The position numbers and the translations under genes were made by a program. From assembly GCA_017499595.2 (NCBI GenBank), contig CM039007.1, positions 2,666,001-2,730,000 on the forward strand: a stretch of 64,000 bases of DNA, given 5' to 3'. The stretch's first letter is position 1. Each line of letters opens with the position of its first letter. This stretch comes from Psilocybe cubensis (taxonomy: Eukaryota). The notes beneath the pieces are model-generated. The model ran no database searches, had not been told where the DNA came from, and saw only the letters and a program-made list of their open reading frames with translations. Below, in pieces: positions 1-12,037 of the stretch.

Positions 1-12
1 GCAGCTCCAGCG

Positions 13-3000
13 GTGGAGGATGTGTTGAAAACGGCGAGGCTGTTATTAGACGAGGATGTAGGGAAAGGGAAGAGAGCTGAGCGAGAGGAGAAGTTGAGGA
101 GGGCACAGAAGAAGCTGAAGAAGAAGGAAAAGCGGCGGAAGAAGAAACATGAGAGCAGCTCATCGGATTCATCATTGGATTCAGAAACCGAGTCAGAAAC
201 CGAGTCTGTGTCATCGGACACATCAGAATCATACACTGAATCGTCAGATAGTGAGGACGAGAGGAGGAAGAGGAGGAGAAAGGAGAAGCGACGGGATGCA
301 AAGGAGAAGAAGAAGAAAAAGAGAGAAAAAGAGAGGGAGAGGGAGAGGGAGAAGGATAGAGAGCTGGCGGAGTTGAGGGCAAGATCAGAGAGGCGGAAGG
401 AAGAGGAGATTGCAAAGGTGAAAGAGGAGGAGGATGTGGTGCGAACTCGACGAGTCTCATTTGGCGAACCAAAGAAGAAGACTCGAGAAGAGGATATTGG
501 TGACTTGACACGCAAGCTAGCAGGATTGAAAGTTGGCGACGCAAATTATGCTGCAACCTACGGTCAACTCTGTGCTATGGACCCAAACGCGCATATCTGG
601 ATACCAACACTACTGGCAACAACTCAGCAGGCGGCAGCAACAAACATGGCAGTACACGCACCCTATCAGCCACAATTTGCACCAACGTATCAAACTCAGG
701 CTTATCATACGCAGGCACAAACATTCGCCGCTCCGCAAATGCAAATCCCACCACCAATACAATACGCCCAGGCGGGTATGTCAGGCCCAAGTTCAAACAG
801 CTGCTATTTCTGCAAAAAAGGACAACATCGCATACGTGACTGTGTAGCCGCAGCCGAATACGTTAAAGTTGGCCGCATCATGTGGTTTGGAACTCCAGCT
901 CGATTGACATATGCAAACGGAGAGCCTATCCGTTTTGAATATGGGCAGAGTTTGAAGGACGCTGTTGATAAGCGGTTCGGGTCAGCAGTTCCAACCCCAG
1001 GTCAAGAAGGGTGGCAGAGGGATCAACCACCACATGTCAATGTTGCAACAAGCGGTTATTATACGCAGACTACCAGAAACGCTAAGACATACACCACAGG
1101 GCGCAATGGAGAACAAGTGAAAGTGGAAGCAAGTAGCGGGCGGAAGAAAACAGTGGAGGAAGTGCGAAACGAGTGGAAGGAGATCCCATGGGAGAACGGG
1201 TACGAAAGCGAGGGCAAAGTGGAGTGGATGGCATGGCAAGAGGTGGCCACAGCGGAGGCATTGCTGCAGACACGAAGCGGGAAGAAGACGGGTGATGATG
1301 ATGAGGAGAGCGGGAGGAAGGAGCAGGAAAAGAGGATAGAGAGAGAGATGAAGGAGAGAAAAGGAAAGGCAAGGGCGGAGGAGGGAGAAGGACACCACAC
1401 TGACATCAAACACATCCGTTTCGATCCCAATGCCATTCAGCGAGGAGGACACGAGAAAGCATACACATACGAGTCCAGCATATCTGATCCAAAAGCGGCT
1501 TTGAAGATGGCAGAGAAAATCTTCAAAACTATTATACCTGAGGTTACGGTCGGCGATATTTACGCACTCAGCGGGGACGTACGAAAAACAATGGTTGAGA
1601 AACTCAAGGTTGTGCGAGTACCTAACGAGGCATTCCCCAAAACCTCACTATTGGATACAGAAAAGAAGTCAGCAACGACAGCAACAACAGGAGCGGCTAC
1701 CTTCAAGATGCCAACACTCGAATACTGTACACCACTTCGGGAAATTGATGTCGTTGTATGCGGGACGGTTGCATCGGTCGGGTTGTTAGATGAAGGGTCA
1801 GAGATTGTGGTGATAAGGAAAGACTTGTGGGAGAGAACAGGGCACAGCGTCAACAAAGAGCAACAAATGACAATGGAAACAGCGACCGGCGAAAAGGAGG
1901 AGATGGGAGGATGTGCCGAGTTTATGGAGATTGAGGTCGGAGGCATTGCATCAATGGTACACGCTTTCATCGCACCTCTCGATGCCCCATTCGAGTTGCT
2001 GTTGGGACGACCGTGGCAAAAGTACGTGAGGCTAGGGAAGGTTGAGCATAACGATGGGCGGGTAGATGTGATTGTGCACGATCCTAAAGACCAACGTCAA
2101 GCAAAGGTTATACCAACAAGAGAGCGAGCGAGGAAGGTTGTGAAGAAGGTGTTGATGTACAGGGAGGCAAGAGCAGAGCAACCAAGAGAGGAGGTGGTGG
2201 AATTGAGTGTGGAGGAGGTGGTAATGATGGCGCACAGTCAAGCTCGTACAAAACTCGCAAATGAGCTTCTAGGATCAACATTCACCTATGATCAAGTTCA
2301 GCACACATTGTTGTATAAGCCAGCAGCAAAGAAAACTCACCCGGTTGCAACAACAATGCCAGAATATGCGAATGTTCAACGTCGCTTTCCAGAGGACCCG
2401 CTGTTGACGTTACCGACAATACCAATGACGCCAGGGCCATTTAAGCCAGGAGAAAGGTTGACAGAAGAGAGGTGGAAGATGCTTGGAGTGGAGGAGAATG
2501 ATTTTTTGTGGGAGGAAGAGAAGAAAGTGGTGGCGGCGGTGTTACGAGCAAACGAGAAAGGTTTGGCATGGGTGGAAGCTGAGAAAGGAAGATTTCGAAG
2601 TGACTACTTCTCGGATGTCGTCATACCGGTCGTCGAACATGAACCTTGGGTAAAGCGCTCGTTTCCAGTTCCACCAGCATTGCGAGAGCGGTTCAACAAG
2701 CTCATCGACGAAAAGTTAAAAGCTGGTGTCATAGAACCTACGACAAGTGCATATCGGCATGCAACAATCACGTTCGAGAAGAAAGGATCAAAAGACTTAC
2801 GCATTGTGCACAACCTTGTCCCGCTTAATGAAGTCACTATCAAAGACTCTGCGCAACCACCATTGATTGATTTGTATGCTGAGCAATGCGCCGGCCGCTC
2901 GATCTATACAACAATTGACCTTTTCGTGGGTTACGATCACCACACGCTGGACAAACGGTCGAGAGAGTTAACAGCCTTTGAAACACCAACGGGAACATAC

Positions 3001-5634
3001 CAGCTTACTGTGTTGCCTCAAGGTTGGACAAACTCGCTGCAAATCTTCCATCGTGATGTAGCATTCATCCTACAACACGAAACAGAAGTTGCACCGAATT
3101 TTTCCGATGACATAGCGGTCCTGGGTCCAATGACGAGGTATGAGTTGGCGGGCGGAGGTTATGAGGTGATGGAGGAGAATCCGGGAGTGAGGAGGTTTGT
3201 GTGGGAGCACCTGATGGACGTGAATCGAGTTCTTCACAGACTAGCACACGCTGGCGCCACAGCATCTGCGAAGAAACTGATTTTGTGTCAGCCGGAAGCA
3301 AAGATAGTGGGACAGATATCGACATACGAAGGGCGTAAACCGGATAAGTCGAGCGTGATAAAAATTGAGAACTGGCCACCATGCGAAAACGCGACCGACG
3401 TGCGAAGCTTTCTAGGAGTGGCGGGTGTGGTGAGGAAGTGGGTGAAGGACTTTGCGGCGATTGCAATCCCATTGGTCAACCTAACGAAGAAGCAAGTTCA
3501 GTTTAAATGGGACAAGGAACATCAAAACGCAATGAATTCACTGAAGACTGCGGTCACGACATGCCCAGCAATCCGCCCCATCGATTACAAGAGTGGCTTT
3601 ACGGTCATTCTTCAAGTTGACTCCTCAAACATTGCAGTTGGTTTCATTCTCATGCAGTTGGATGCAAACGGCGCACGTATAATTGCACGGTTCGGTTCTA
3701 TACCATGGAACCCACGAGAAGCTCGCTACTCGCAGGCAAAGCTGGAATTATACGGCCTGTTTCGAGCAATTCATTCAGTCAAAATTTGGATTGTTGGGGT
3801 GCAAAATCTTACCATCGAAGTGGACGCAAAATATATCAAGGGTATGATCAATAACCCTGATACGCATCCAAACGCAGCTATGAACCGATGGATTGCTGCC
3901 ATTCTGATGTTCGATTTCAAGCTGGTCCACGTCCCTGGGAAGAACTTCAAGGGTCCAGATGGGTTGTCACGGAGGCGGAAGGTTGAAGGCGAGGAGGACG
4001 AGACAGAGGAGGATGCAGAACAGTGGGTGGAGGAGTTGTATCAATGTGGGGTGTGGATAGTGGCAGGAATGGGATGGAAGAAGGGAGATCAATGGCCGAG
4101 GATAGGAAAGCGAGGTTTAAAAGGGAAGAACAAGAGAAGCGAGGGGAAGGGTGCAGTAGGAATGGATGTGAAGGTGAAGGAACCAGGGGTTAAAATTAGC
4201 GAGGGAGCGAAAGAGGGAGAAGTGATGAGTGTGGAGGAGGCAGTGGTAGCAGCATTCAAGAGAAAGATGGCGGAAGCGACAGAAAAGGGAGGGTTACCAG
4301 ACACAGAGGAAGTCAGACAACTCGACGACGAGCTCATGCAAATCAAGACTTACCTGGAGACACTGAAACCACCACCAAATCTCGATAGGGTTGCACTGAA
4401 GAGATTTGTGAAGAAGGCCAGTCGGTTCTTTGTCCAGGCGAACAGATTATGGCGTCGAGATAGCGGCATACGTCACAAGCTCGTGCTATTTGGAGAAGAC
4501 CGGCTTGAGGTTCTAGTCGAAGGACATGACATGTTAGGTCATCGAGGGTACTTTGCGACTCGCCATAACGTTGCCGATCGCTACTGGTGGCCAAAAATTG
4601 ATAAGGATATTCGATGGTTCATCGACACCTGTCACCAATGTCAATTGATGTCGCTCGAGAAAGTTGTAATCCCACCTACCGTAATGATACCCGAAAGGCT
4701 GTTCTGCAGATGCCATATCGACACAATGCACATGCCACCCTCAAACGGGTACAAATATATTGTCCAAGCAAGATGTGGGATGTCGACATGGCCAGAATGG
4801 GATAAGTTGAAGACGGAGACGGCGGCGGTGATAGGCAATTTCATTCTAATGAAGTTGATGTTGAGGTGGGGAGTAGTATTTGAGATGATAACGGATAACG
4901 GACCTCCATTCGTGGCGGCACTAGAATGGCTGGCCGAGCGATACAACGTGAGCCATATTCGAATTTCTGGCTATAATTCGAGAGCGAACGGTGTCGTCGA
5001 AACAACGCACACCCCAATTCGTACAGCGCTGATCAAGTCGGGTGACGGGTCCTTGAAAAAGTGGGACGAGAGGGTAGCATTCATGTACTGGGCTGAGCGA
5101 ATTACAATCAGGAAATCAATCGGGTACTCACCATTCTATGTTGTGCACGGAATCGAGCCGCTCCTACCATTTGACCTCACTCACGCAACATTCCTACTCC
5201 CGGACATCGACCGTTCGCTTTCAACCGCTGAACTCCTCGGTATGCGCGCAAGACAACTTGAGCGACGCGACGACGACCTAGCCCTGGTCCACGAACGTGT
5301 TCTAAAGCGAAGATATCAGTCCATTGCCGAATTTGAAGAGAAAAACAAACATAAGATCATTGATTATAATTTTCAACCCGGAGAACTAGTGCTCGTCTTG
5401 AACAAGAAGGTCGAGGCTGAAGTGGGAAGGAAGGGCAAGCCGAGATACATGGGACCACTTGTCGTCGTACGCCGCTCCGAAGGAGGTTCATACCGTCTGG
5501 CAGAACTCGATGGAGCTGAATCAAAGCTGAAATACGCAGCATTTCGTTTAATTCCCTATTATCCGCGGAATCGACAGGTCATCGAGGTCACGGAGGTCCT
5601 AAACAGCGAGGAGTTCGACGGCGACGAGGAATAG
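13..5634 (+). CDS. Gag-Pol polyprotein (zinc knuckle, protease, RT, RNase H, integrase); frame is open from base 1, so probably 5'-truncated
   Basis: CYFCKKGQHRIRDC knuckle; LLDEGSEI protease; LPQG...FSDD RT; VDSS...KLELYG RNase H; H-H-C-C plus TDNG...NGVVE integrase; RYMGPL GPY/F-like motif. Gypsy domain order. Confidence 0.95.
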   Translation: MEDVLKTARLLLDEDVGKGKRAEREEKLRRAQKKLKKKEKRRKKKHESSSSDSSLDSETESETESVSSDTSESYTESSDSEDERRKRRRKEKRRDAKEKKKKKREKEREREREKDRELAELRARSERRKEEEIAKVKEEEDVVRTRRVSFGEPKKKTREEDIGDLTRKLAGLKVGDANYAATYGQLCAMDPNAHIWIPTLLATTQQAAATNMAVHAPYQPQFAPTYQTQAYHTQAQTFAAPQMQIPPPIQYAQAGMSGPSSNSCYFCKKGQHRIRDCVAAAEYVKVGRIMWFGTPARLTYANGEPIRFEYGQSLKDAVDKRFGSAVPTPGQEGWQRDQPPHVNVATSGYYTQTTRNAKTYTTGRNGEQVKVEASSGRKKTVEEVRNEWKEIPWENGYESEGKVEWMAWQEVATAEALLQTRSGKKTGDDDEESGRKEQEKRIEREMKERKGKARAEEGEGHHTDIKHIRFDPNAIQRGGHEKAYTYESSISDPKAALKMAEKIFKTIIPEVTVGDIYALSGDVRKTMVEKLKVVRVPNEAFPKTSLLDTEKKSATTATTGAATFKMPTLEYCTPLREIDVVVCGTVASVGLLDEGSEIVVIRKDLWERTGHSVNKEQQMTMETATGEKEEMGGCAEFMEIEVGGIASMVHAFIAPLDAPFELLLGRPWQKYVRLGKVEHNDGRVDVIVHDPKDQRQAKVIPTRERARKVVKKVLMYREARAEQPREEVVELSVEEVVMMAHSQARTKLANELLGSTFTYDQVQHTLLYKPAAKKTHPVATTMPEYANVQRRFPEDPLLTLPTIPMTPGPFKPGERLTEERWKMLGVEENDFLWEEEKKVVAAVLRANEKGLAWVEAEKGRFRSDYFSDVVIPVVEHEPWVKRSFPVPPALRERFNKLIDEKLKAGVIEPTTSAYRHATITFEKKGSKDLRIVHNLVPLNEVTIKDSAQPPLIDLYAEQCAGRSIYTTIDLFVGYDHHTLDKRSRELTAFETPTGTYQLTVLPQGWTNSLQIFHRDVAFILQHETEVAPNFSDDIAVLGPMTRYELAGGGYEVMEENPGVRRFVWEHLMDVNRVLHRLAHAGATASAKKLILCQPEAKIVGQISTYEGRKPDKSSVIKIENWPPCENATDVRSFLGVAGVVRKWVKDFAAIAIPLVNLTKKQVQFKWDKEHQNAMNSLKTAVTTCPAIRPIDYKSGFTVILQVDSSNIAVGFILMQLDANGARIIARFGSIPWNPREARYSQAKLELYGLFRAIHSVKIWIVGVQNLTIEVDAKYIKGMINNPDTHPNAAMNRWIAAILMFDFKLVHVPGKNFKGPDGLSRRRKVEGEEDETEEDAEQWVEELYQCGVWIVAGMGWKKGDQWPRIGKRGLKGKNKRSEGKGAVGMDVKVKEPGVKISEGAKEGEVMSVEEAVVAAFKRKMAEATEKGGLPDTEEVRQLDDELMQIKTYLETLKPPPNLDRVALKRFVKKASRFFVQANRLWRRDSGIRHKLVLFGEDRLEVLVEGHDMLGHRGYFATRHNVADRYWWPKIDKDIRWFIDTCHQCQLMSLEKVVIPPTVMIPERLFCRCHIDTMHMPPSNGYKYIVQARCGMSTWPEWDKLKTETAAVIGNFILMKLMLRWGVVFEMITDNGPPFVAALEWLAERYNVSHIRISGYNSRANGVVETTHTPIRTALIKSGDGSLKKWDERVAFMYWAERITIRKSIGYSPFYVVHGIEPLLPFDLTHATFLLPDIDRSLSTAELLGMRARQLERRDDDLALVHERVLKRRYQSIAEFEEKNKHKIIDYNFQPGELVLVLNKKVEAEVGRKGKPRYMGPLVVVRRSEGGSYRLAELDGAESKLKYAAFRLIPYYPRNRQVIEVTEVLNSEEFDGDEE

Positions 5635-6009
5635 CGAGCGGGCGATGGTGCAAAAGAGGGGGGAGGAGGTGTGAAAGAGGGGGGAGGAGGGAAAGAGAAA
5701 TTTGGAAGAGAAAAGATATTGAGTGAGATCGGAGACGAGAGACGACGAGCGAGGGCATATAGACAATGGAGAGAGCTAGTTAGAGAGTTAGAAGGAAGAA
5801 TGAATGGCGAGGGGAGGAGGACTGACCGAATAGAGAGGAAAGGAGGTGATAGAGGCCACTTGAGACTGGGTCTTGAGCAGGCCACATATCAGGTCGTGAC
5901 TGGATGGATCCATATCACGAATAGCACTAGGGAGTGGGCCGCAGGATGTAGACTCGAAACCGAAACCGAAATTTCAGCCAGGAGCCTGAAATTTAAAGTG
6001 GGGGGGAGA

Positions 6010-6295
6010 TGTAGGGATTTGGATACGCGTGCGCGCGACGCGACTCACAACAAACACGTCACATGACGCTTGCGGACACACTCACTTGGCATCGTCGACG
6101 CCATATGGCCACAGCATAGACGCGTAGTCAGTAGTTAGCACCTTACCGGAGACGTCGTTACACACCGAAGGACGTATCGAATCATATTTCCTATTTTTTT
6201 CCCATCTCTTTCCGTGCTAAACACATAAATATCTACAAAACTCTGTCCGTACTCAGGCTACTTTGTCCTCTCTCGAACTCGCCCCCTTCCCTACA
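6010..6295 (+). repeat. 3' LTR of the Gypsy element (286 bp)
   Basis: Starts TGTAGGGA right after the PPT and ends TCCCTACA, a perfect 8 bp terminal inverted repeat. Confidence 0.85.
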
Positions 6296-6850
6296 ACATA
6301 TTTTGTCAGTTAAAATAATATACAAAAGTTCAGAACTGCAGCCATACCAACAGGATGTACTGCCAGTCCCCGGGTCCACGACGCCTTAACAGTGGCAACT
6401 CTAGAACGATCATCGACTCTGGGAATTTGAATGCTATAAGCGTGACCTATTTCGGATAGAACCAGCCTAAAGGTCATCGAAAGTTAAATCAAAGAAGCAA
6501 CAATATCGTACCAGTTTTGAAGCAAGTTCGGCTGCCCTGTGTGTCATAATAACAAGGTGCCCTACAACGCATATCAGCCACAGCGTCTACGCCTCGTTCC
6601 AATCCGAGAAGCTCACCAGATACCAAGCTAGAGTACACATGTAAGTTGTAAGTTACCTATGCGCAATACGAATGGTCAATCTCACTCTAATTTGCCTCAA
6701 GTCTACGCCGCCTTGACGAGCCTCCCCTTGAAAGTTGGTCCGGACTATGTCAATTGCTGGAAGGAACGGCAGTGATACCGATACCAAGAAACTAAGGATG
6801 AGGGAAATGGCAAGGAAAAGGATGCCTGGGATGCAGAATATGCGCGACAT
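6296..6850 (-). pseudogene. PalI/Sur7/Rim9-family membrane protein, 5' exons only; interrupted in an intron by the Gypsy element
   Basis: MSRIFCIPGILFLAISLILSFLVSVSLPFLPAIDIVRT... is collinear with the paralog at 7309-8299. The intron after the ...LAVHPV exon (donor at 6347) runs into the LTR. Confidence 0.75.
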
Positions 6851-7308
6851 CGTGGTATCGAAGAAAGAGGGGTATTGGAAGGTAACTGACGAGCTTTTGA
6901 GCTAACCACCTTTTAATATGTCCGGATCCAGGCTAACTGCCATGCAGCACATCAACATTTTTACAATGACCTCATTTTTTGAATATTCTCACCCTCATGT
7001 GCCTGAATGTCTCCTATTTTCTCCTAGATTTTTCGTCAGATAGTGTTTAGTGAGTATAGTCATGGTGTTTTATTCGTGTATGACACCTGTATATTATTTC
7101 AGATTTTTGTCATTAATTTACAGAAGAAACTTTGTATTGTCTCCGATTAATGAACTGAAGATGACTGAATCGGTAGGATTGTTGAGAAGTCAAATCTACA
7201 TTGTCGATGAAATGCAAAAAAATTCAGAGTCGGCTAAACTTTTGCGTTAAATCAAATACTACTCAATACAATTTTAAATCACGAAAACGGGAGGTGTGCA
7301 TAGCTGGA

Positions 7309-8299
7309 TTAGTTCTGGCGCAATCTAGAGAAGAATCCTCCTGTGGCCTTCGACATTGGGTACGAGCTACTAGCACCTGACTCTCTCCGACGGGCAACGA
7401 TTATAAGATAACCAGATGCGATGAGCAATATGAGGCTGACAAATGTCATCCAAAAGGCTGAAAAGTAGAGGTCATCAGTTTATTGTACCGTGTTTCTATT
7501 AGGACGGAAAAGGGAAATTAAAATTAAAACATTGTAGAAATGACGAACCAGATGATGTGTGAGTATTAGCTCCAATATTGAGGTCGTTTAAGGCACTCCG
7601 AACTAGAGCAAAAAGCGCGATATCAATGGCGAATGCTATCAGAGTAAGAAGGGCGGCTAAGAAGGATGTCAACAGTGCCCAGAATGTCATCGTCATATTG
7701 TTGGAAAAAGATAGTAGCAACGCAATTAAAATGGCTCCCGCAGCTGCATATAAAATTTTAGTCATATTCATTTATAATAGCAAGGCAGAGGCATAGCGTA
7801 CCGACTGGATGTACTGCCAAGCCACGAGTCCACGCAGGTTTGATTATGGCAAACTTAGACAGGTCATTGGCTTTAAAAATAGTAACCTTATAACCATGAC
7901 CTATTTCGCCAAAAAAAAAATAATATTCGACAGGAGCGGAATGCCAAAAAACTAGGTTTTACCTTCGTGACCGCAGATTTTCGTTCCATCTACAGCATAG
8001 GCGCATGGTGCCCTGAAAAACATGTCAGCAATTGGTATACCTCTTTGCCTTATACAATAAAGCTCACCAAATACCCAACTGGTGGACGCCAATTATTAAT
8101 TTGAACAATATACAATTGATATATTAAATCTCACCCTAACTTGATGTAGAAATACATTGCCTTGATTCACCTGGCCCTGGAAATTTGTCCGGACAACATC
8201 AATTGGTGGTAGGAATGGTAATGAGATAGACACCAATAAACTGAGTAGAAATGCACAGGCAAGGAGGGAGACTCCAGGGATAGAGAATGCGCGCGCCAT
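7309..8299 (-). CDS. PalI/Sur7/Rim9-family membrane protein (multi-exon, apparently intact)
   Basis: MARAFSIPGVSLL...SLPFLPPIDVVR, LAVHPV, LTLIAFAIDIALF, FWMTFVSLILL...RLRQN*; GT-AG introns; hydrophobic segments typical of pali-domain proteins. Confidence 0.8.
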
Positions 8300-9231
8300 G
8301 GGGGTATTAGGAGCAAGGTTGCGATTCGTTAACTGGAGATTATTGTGCTTTATATATGTTCGAATCCTTTTATTTGTCATATCAGCAAGATTTACACCGC
8401 CTCGATATTCCCACCTATCAGCCAACTTTAGCTCTTTCCATTTCTTAGACTTTGGTGCAATCTGTTGGGTTCATGATGGTTGCTATTCTTAACAGAAAAT
8501 GTTGAATCATGAATCAAGTGCATTGGTCCTATTTTCTATGTTTTTCGATATCGTCCTCAAGGAAACCTGCTTGATTTGTATGCATAGATTGGTATCTGAA
8601 TGTTACTCCCAAATACATGTCCAACATTGTGTGTTTTGCATAGCATTCCGGTGTCCAAAGTTATTTTGTTACTATATCGGCTTTCCCATTGGTTTCCTTG
8701 TTTCTTGATCAAGTTCCCAAGCGACAGAAGCAGCGCATCGCTTGTAAATTCCCAACGTCAGTTGCCGGTACGGCTGTCCAATAAAAGTATCTCGATATAT
8801 GAGTGAAAATAAACCACTTTATTTTTGACAGTCTTCCGACGTATATGGATCAGTTGAAGAAGCGCCGTGGAGAGAACATTTCCACAATAGATTTATGATG
8901 GGCGTATGAATCGATTAAGCGAACAAATGAGCTTCAACCCTTCAGGTTTATCAATCGTTTGTACGGCCTCACAAAAAGGTTCCTGCATGAAATGGCATGA
9001 GTGTCGTGAGAAACCTGCCTCGTTAAGTAACACACTGAGATCAGCATTTGTAAGGCATGTATGAACCAACAATGGCAGGGATGGGGGACTTAGCGCTGTC
9101 ACAAGGGGGCCTTGTCCAGAAAGCCCTGGAAAAAAAATCTTACTAATAGGGCATTCACAATGTTAAACGGTAATAATTGCTACAGTTATTTGGCATACAG
9201 AGAAGTTGTACTGAATTGAATGTTTTTTTCT

Positions 9232-9630
9232 TGCGTAAATGAGGAGATCAAACGAGTTTGATCCGGGTCTATGAGAGGAAAGGAGACTCGCGCGTCGCGT
9301 CGCGCAGATTAGATTAGATATGCTTCGCATCTCATGAAAGGCCTTTGTCTGTTAGCTCGTATATAGTTCTCGCTCGCGTTTTTCCCCCTTCTTCATCTCT
9401 CTTCTTACTCACACAGCTCGTTAGGCTCTGCCTAGAGCTTGTTTTTGCTTCCCCACCCTTACCACTTCCCATTTCTTTTTTCTTTTCTTGTGTTTTTGTT
9501 CTTTTCATTCTCGTTCTACTCATTTATTCGTACATACACTCGCCTGTTCCGGCTTGAGCCTGGGCACACACCCTCGCCGAGACTTCACGTGTCGGTTTGG
9601 GTGTCCCCACGCGAGAGAGATTTGGCGACA
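9232..9630. mobile_element. Possible solo LTR or LTR remnant
   Basis: CGCGTCGCG motif similar to the LTR at 6010, TATA-like TATATAG, pyrimidine-rich U5-like tract, ends ...TTTGGCGACA. Left end and TSD are not clear. Confidence 0.3.
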
Positions 9631-11571
9631 AAAATTTAATATTTTTGCACCCAACCTCGCGTGTGAACTTCACTGTTTTTCTGGGACTGGACTCACCATA
9701 GATATGTATATAGTCTAGAGGTTTCAAAGCAATACGAGGAATAAAAAAAATTAGAGAGAGAGAGAGAAAAGAATTAGCCTAAAAAAGTATTTCTTTAATC
9801 TTTTTAGCGTACATAAAGTCACAGTCGCACTGCGTACCTTGTCTACATACAACGACATACCGGCACACAACCTGCACCAAGTACCTCAACAGGCGGAGAT
9901 TGAACTAGGGGCCGACTCGGAGTGTCAATTACTTCATGCCCACATCTTACATAATGGTTAACCCGAAAATTGCCGAACGTAGGGATAAGAACAAGGAATG
10001 TGGATCAGTAGATGGCACTTTCAGTAAAGCAATGCATAAAGCTTAATGTATGCATATATCACTGATTATCTTAGCACGAAGTAGAATCAATGATCAGTAC
10101 TCCATCTGAATCGGCGTATTTCAAATGCCCATTGAGTAAATACTATTATCAACCAGGACCTGGCAGACATGCGTTCTCACCGCTGATTCGTTCAGAAATA
10201 ACTCTGACTCCGATATGGCCTGTTGACTGCACAATTATACCGCCCACTCCTTCTTTTCTTGATGGCGCTGATGGCGTTCACTTTTGAGTCACATTTGTTT
10301 TGCTCATTTCTGCATAGTTTTTTGTCCACCGGAAACAAGAATAATGATATATAATATCTTCTCGAGCTTATAATCCAAGTTTGGAAAGAAAAGGGTCACA
10401 AGAATGTGGGTAAAACGAATCAGTAATGAAAATGAACGTCTGGTTGATAATTGTACACACGCAATCGCCTTATCGTCCCACTGCCCCTGAGCATGAGCGC
10501 CGATGCGCGCTTAATTAGCATAGGCCCTAGTACACCGCTACTTCCGCGCCTGCCGCAGTCATAGGACAGGAAACATTGCTTAGGAGTTCTTTTGTAGGAT
10601 GTTATGTGTGCGGATCCCAGGGTGCTATAAACTAAACTCAATCAGCATATGCAGCCAATCTGGACAGTCATTCCCTCCCATTGACCATGGGTTACGACAT
10701 CGTTCCAGATGATCCGGCTGTATCTTTGCTTAACACACTCCTTCTCTTATCTTCCTTGCAGTCCTTCAGTAAACTTTATCAATTATGAACGCAGAGATGT
10801 TTCTGCATTGTCACAGACGTTTGGGAGTGCAATCATCACGCTCTTTGTTATTTTTACATTGTTCAAAGTATGGCCGGTGTTATCCCCGTTACATCCAGAT
10901 TGACATGAAATCATGCTCAGAATTATCTCATGTTTTCTTTCCTATACTTAGCTTTCTGTCGCCTCAAGCTGATATGTTGAGCTTTGGATGAAAATTGTTA
11001 TCGGTCTGTTTAGGAGAATCTATATTTGATTGTTCGATATACGCAATTACATTGTTATTGACTGTTTCTCTCATGCCGCGATTGCGTGGCGCCTACAGTC
11101 AATACAATGACTGGGAACGGACCATATGTTAGTCAGTAACCAATATTAAAATATAGGGATTTTAGCTTGTTTTGATTTAAGGATTCTGAGACCGTGACGG
11201 GTCATATACAGGAGTAAGAGCATACCCTGAACATTATAGGAGACACATCATGTAGGATGATTCTGAAATGTCAGATCTGTTTTACAGACAGACAATTTGT
11301 TCATGATTTCAATGTAGTGCACAATGTGGTTGAGTAATGGAATTGAAGCAAACGCCAGAGTAAAGTGAGCTTTATATAAATCTCACAAAATTTTCCAATA
11401 CATCCTGATTTACAAAGCATCCTATTGATATATTCTGTTGATACAAATGTGAAAAACGTAAAACCCAATCCGACAGTTCTCTCAACGTTCTCCCAAATTA
11501 TACACCTCGACCTAAAACCAAATATTTAATCTCGATATTATATTTCCCGGTGCTGAAAAGCACACCCGCTC

Positions 11572-12037
11572 TTAAACAACGGCCGCGAGGATTCCAGCAA
11601 GGACGCCGACAGCAACTCCCTGTGCGCCGTTCCCATTCAGCGACGCTGCATTTGCGCCCGTACCCGAGGGGCTCACAGCCGTGCTGGCAGCAGATGCAAT
11701 ACTCGAGAAGATGGACGTCGCGGAGCTCAGGGCGGAGCTGGCGCCGGAAGCTGCTGACGAGCTGGCGGACGAAGCTGATGACGATGCTTGCGACGACATG
11801 GACGACATGGAAGAGGCGCTGCTCGAACCGCTGCTGCTGGATCCGGTGTCGGTGCTCCTGACAATGACGAAGGATAAGTCAGTACGGTATCACATTAGTA
11901 AGGGAATTAAATAGTAGGACCACGTACGATGCGCCGGTTGTGGTATCAGTAGCTGTGTCACTGGGCTGAACGGTGGTGGTGACCTGTGCGCCGGCGGACA
12001 GGGCGAAGAGAACCACAGAGAAGACGGTGAACTTCAT
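11572..12037 (-). CDS. Small secreted Ser/Ala/Thr-rich, probably GPI-anchored cell-wall protein (2 exons)
   Basis: Signal peptide MKFTVFSVVLFALSAGA, one GT-AG intron (~11859-11927), Ser-rich body, hydrophobic tail ...GANAASL...GVLAGILAAVV*. Confidence 0.8.

Larger units (their letters stand above)
1..6295 (+). mobile_element. Ty3/Gypsy LTR retrotransposon; 5' end lies outside the window
   Basis: Long gag-pol ORF, then a polypurine tract (AAAGTGGGGGGGAGA, ~5995-6009) directly before a TG...CA LTR at 6010-6295. Confidence 0.95.

Noticed and set aside
5671..6066. 131 aa ORF after pol as a possible env-like or extra gene
   Set aside because: Purine-rich low-complexity sequence that runs through the PPT into the LTR; no ATG start and no motifs.
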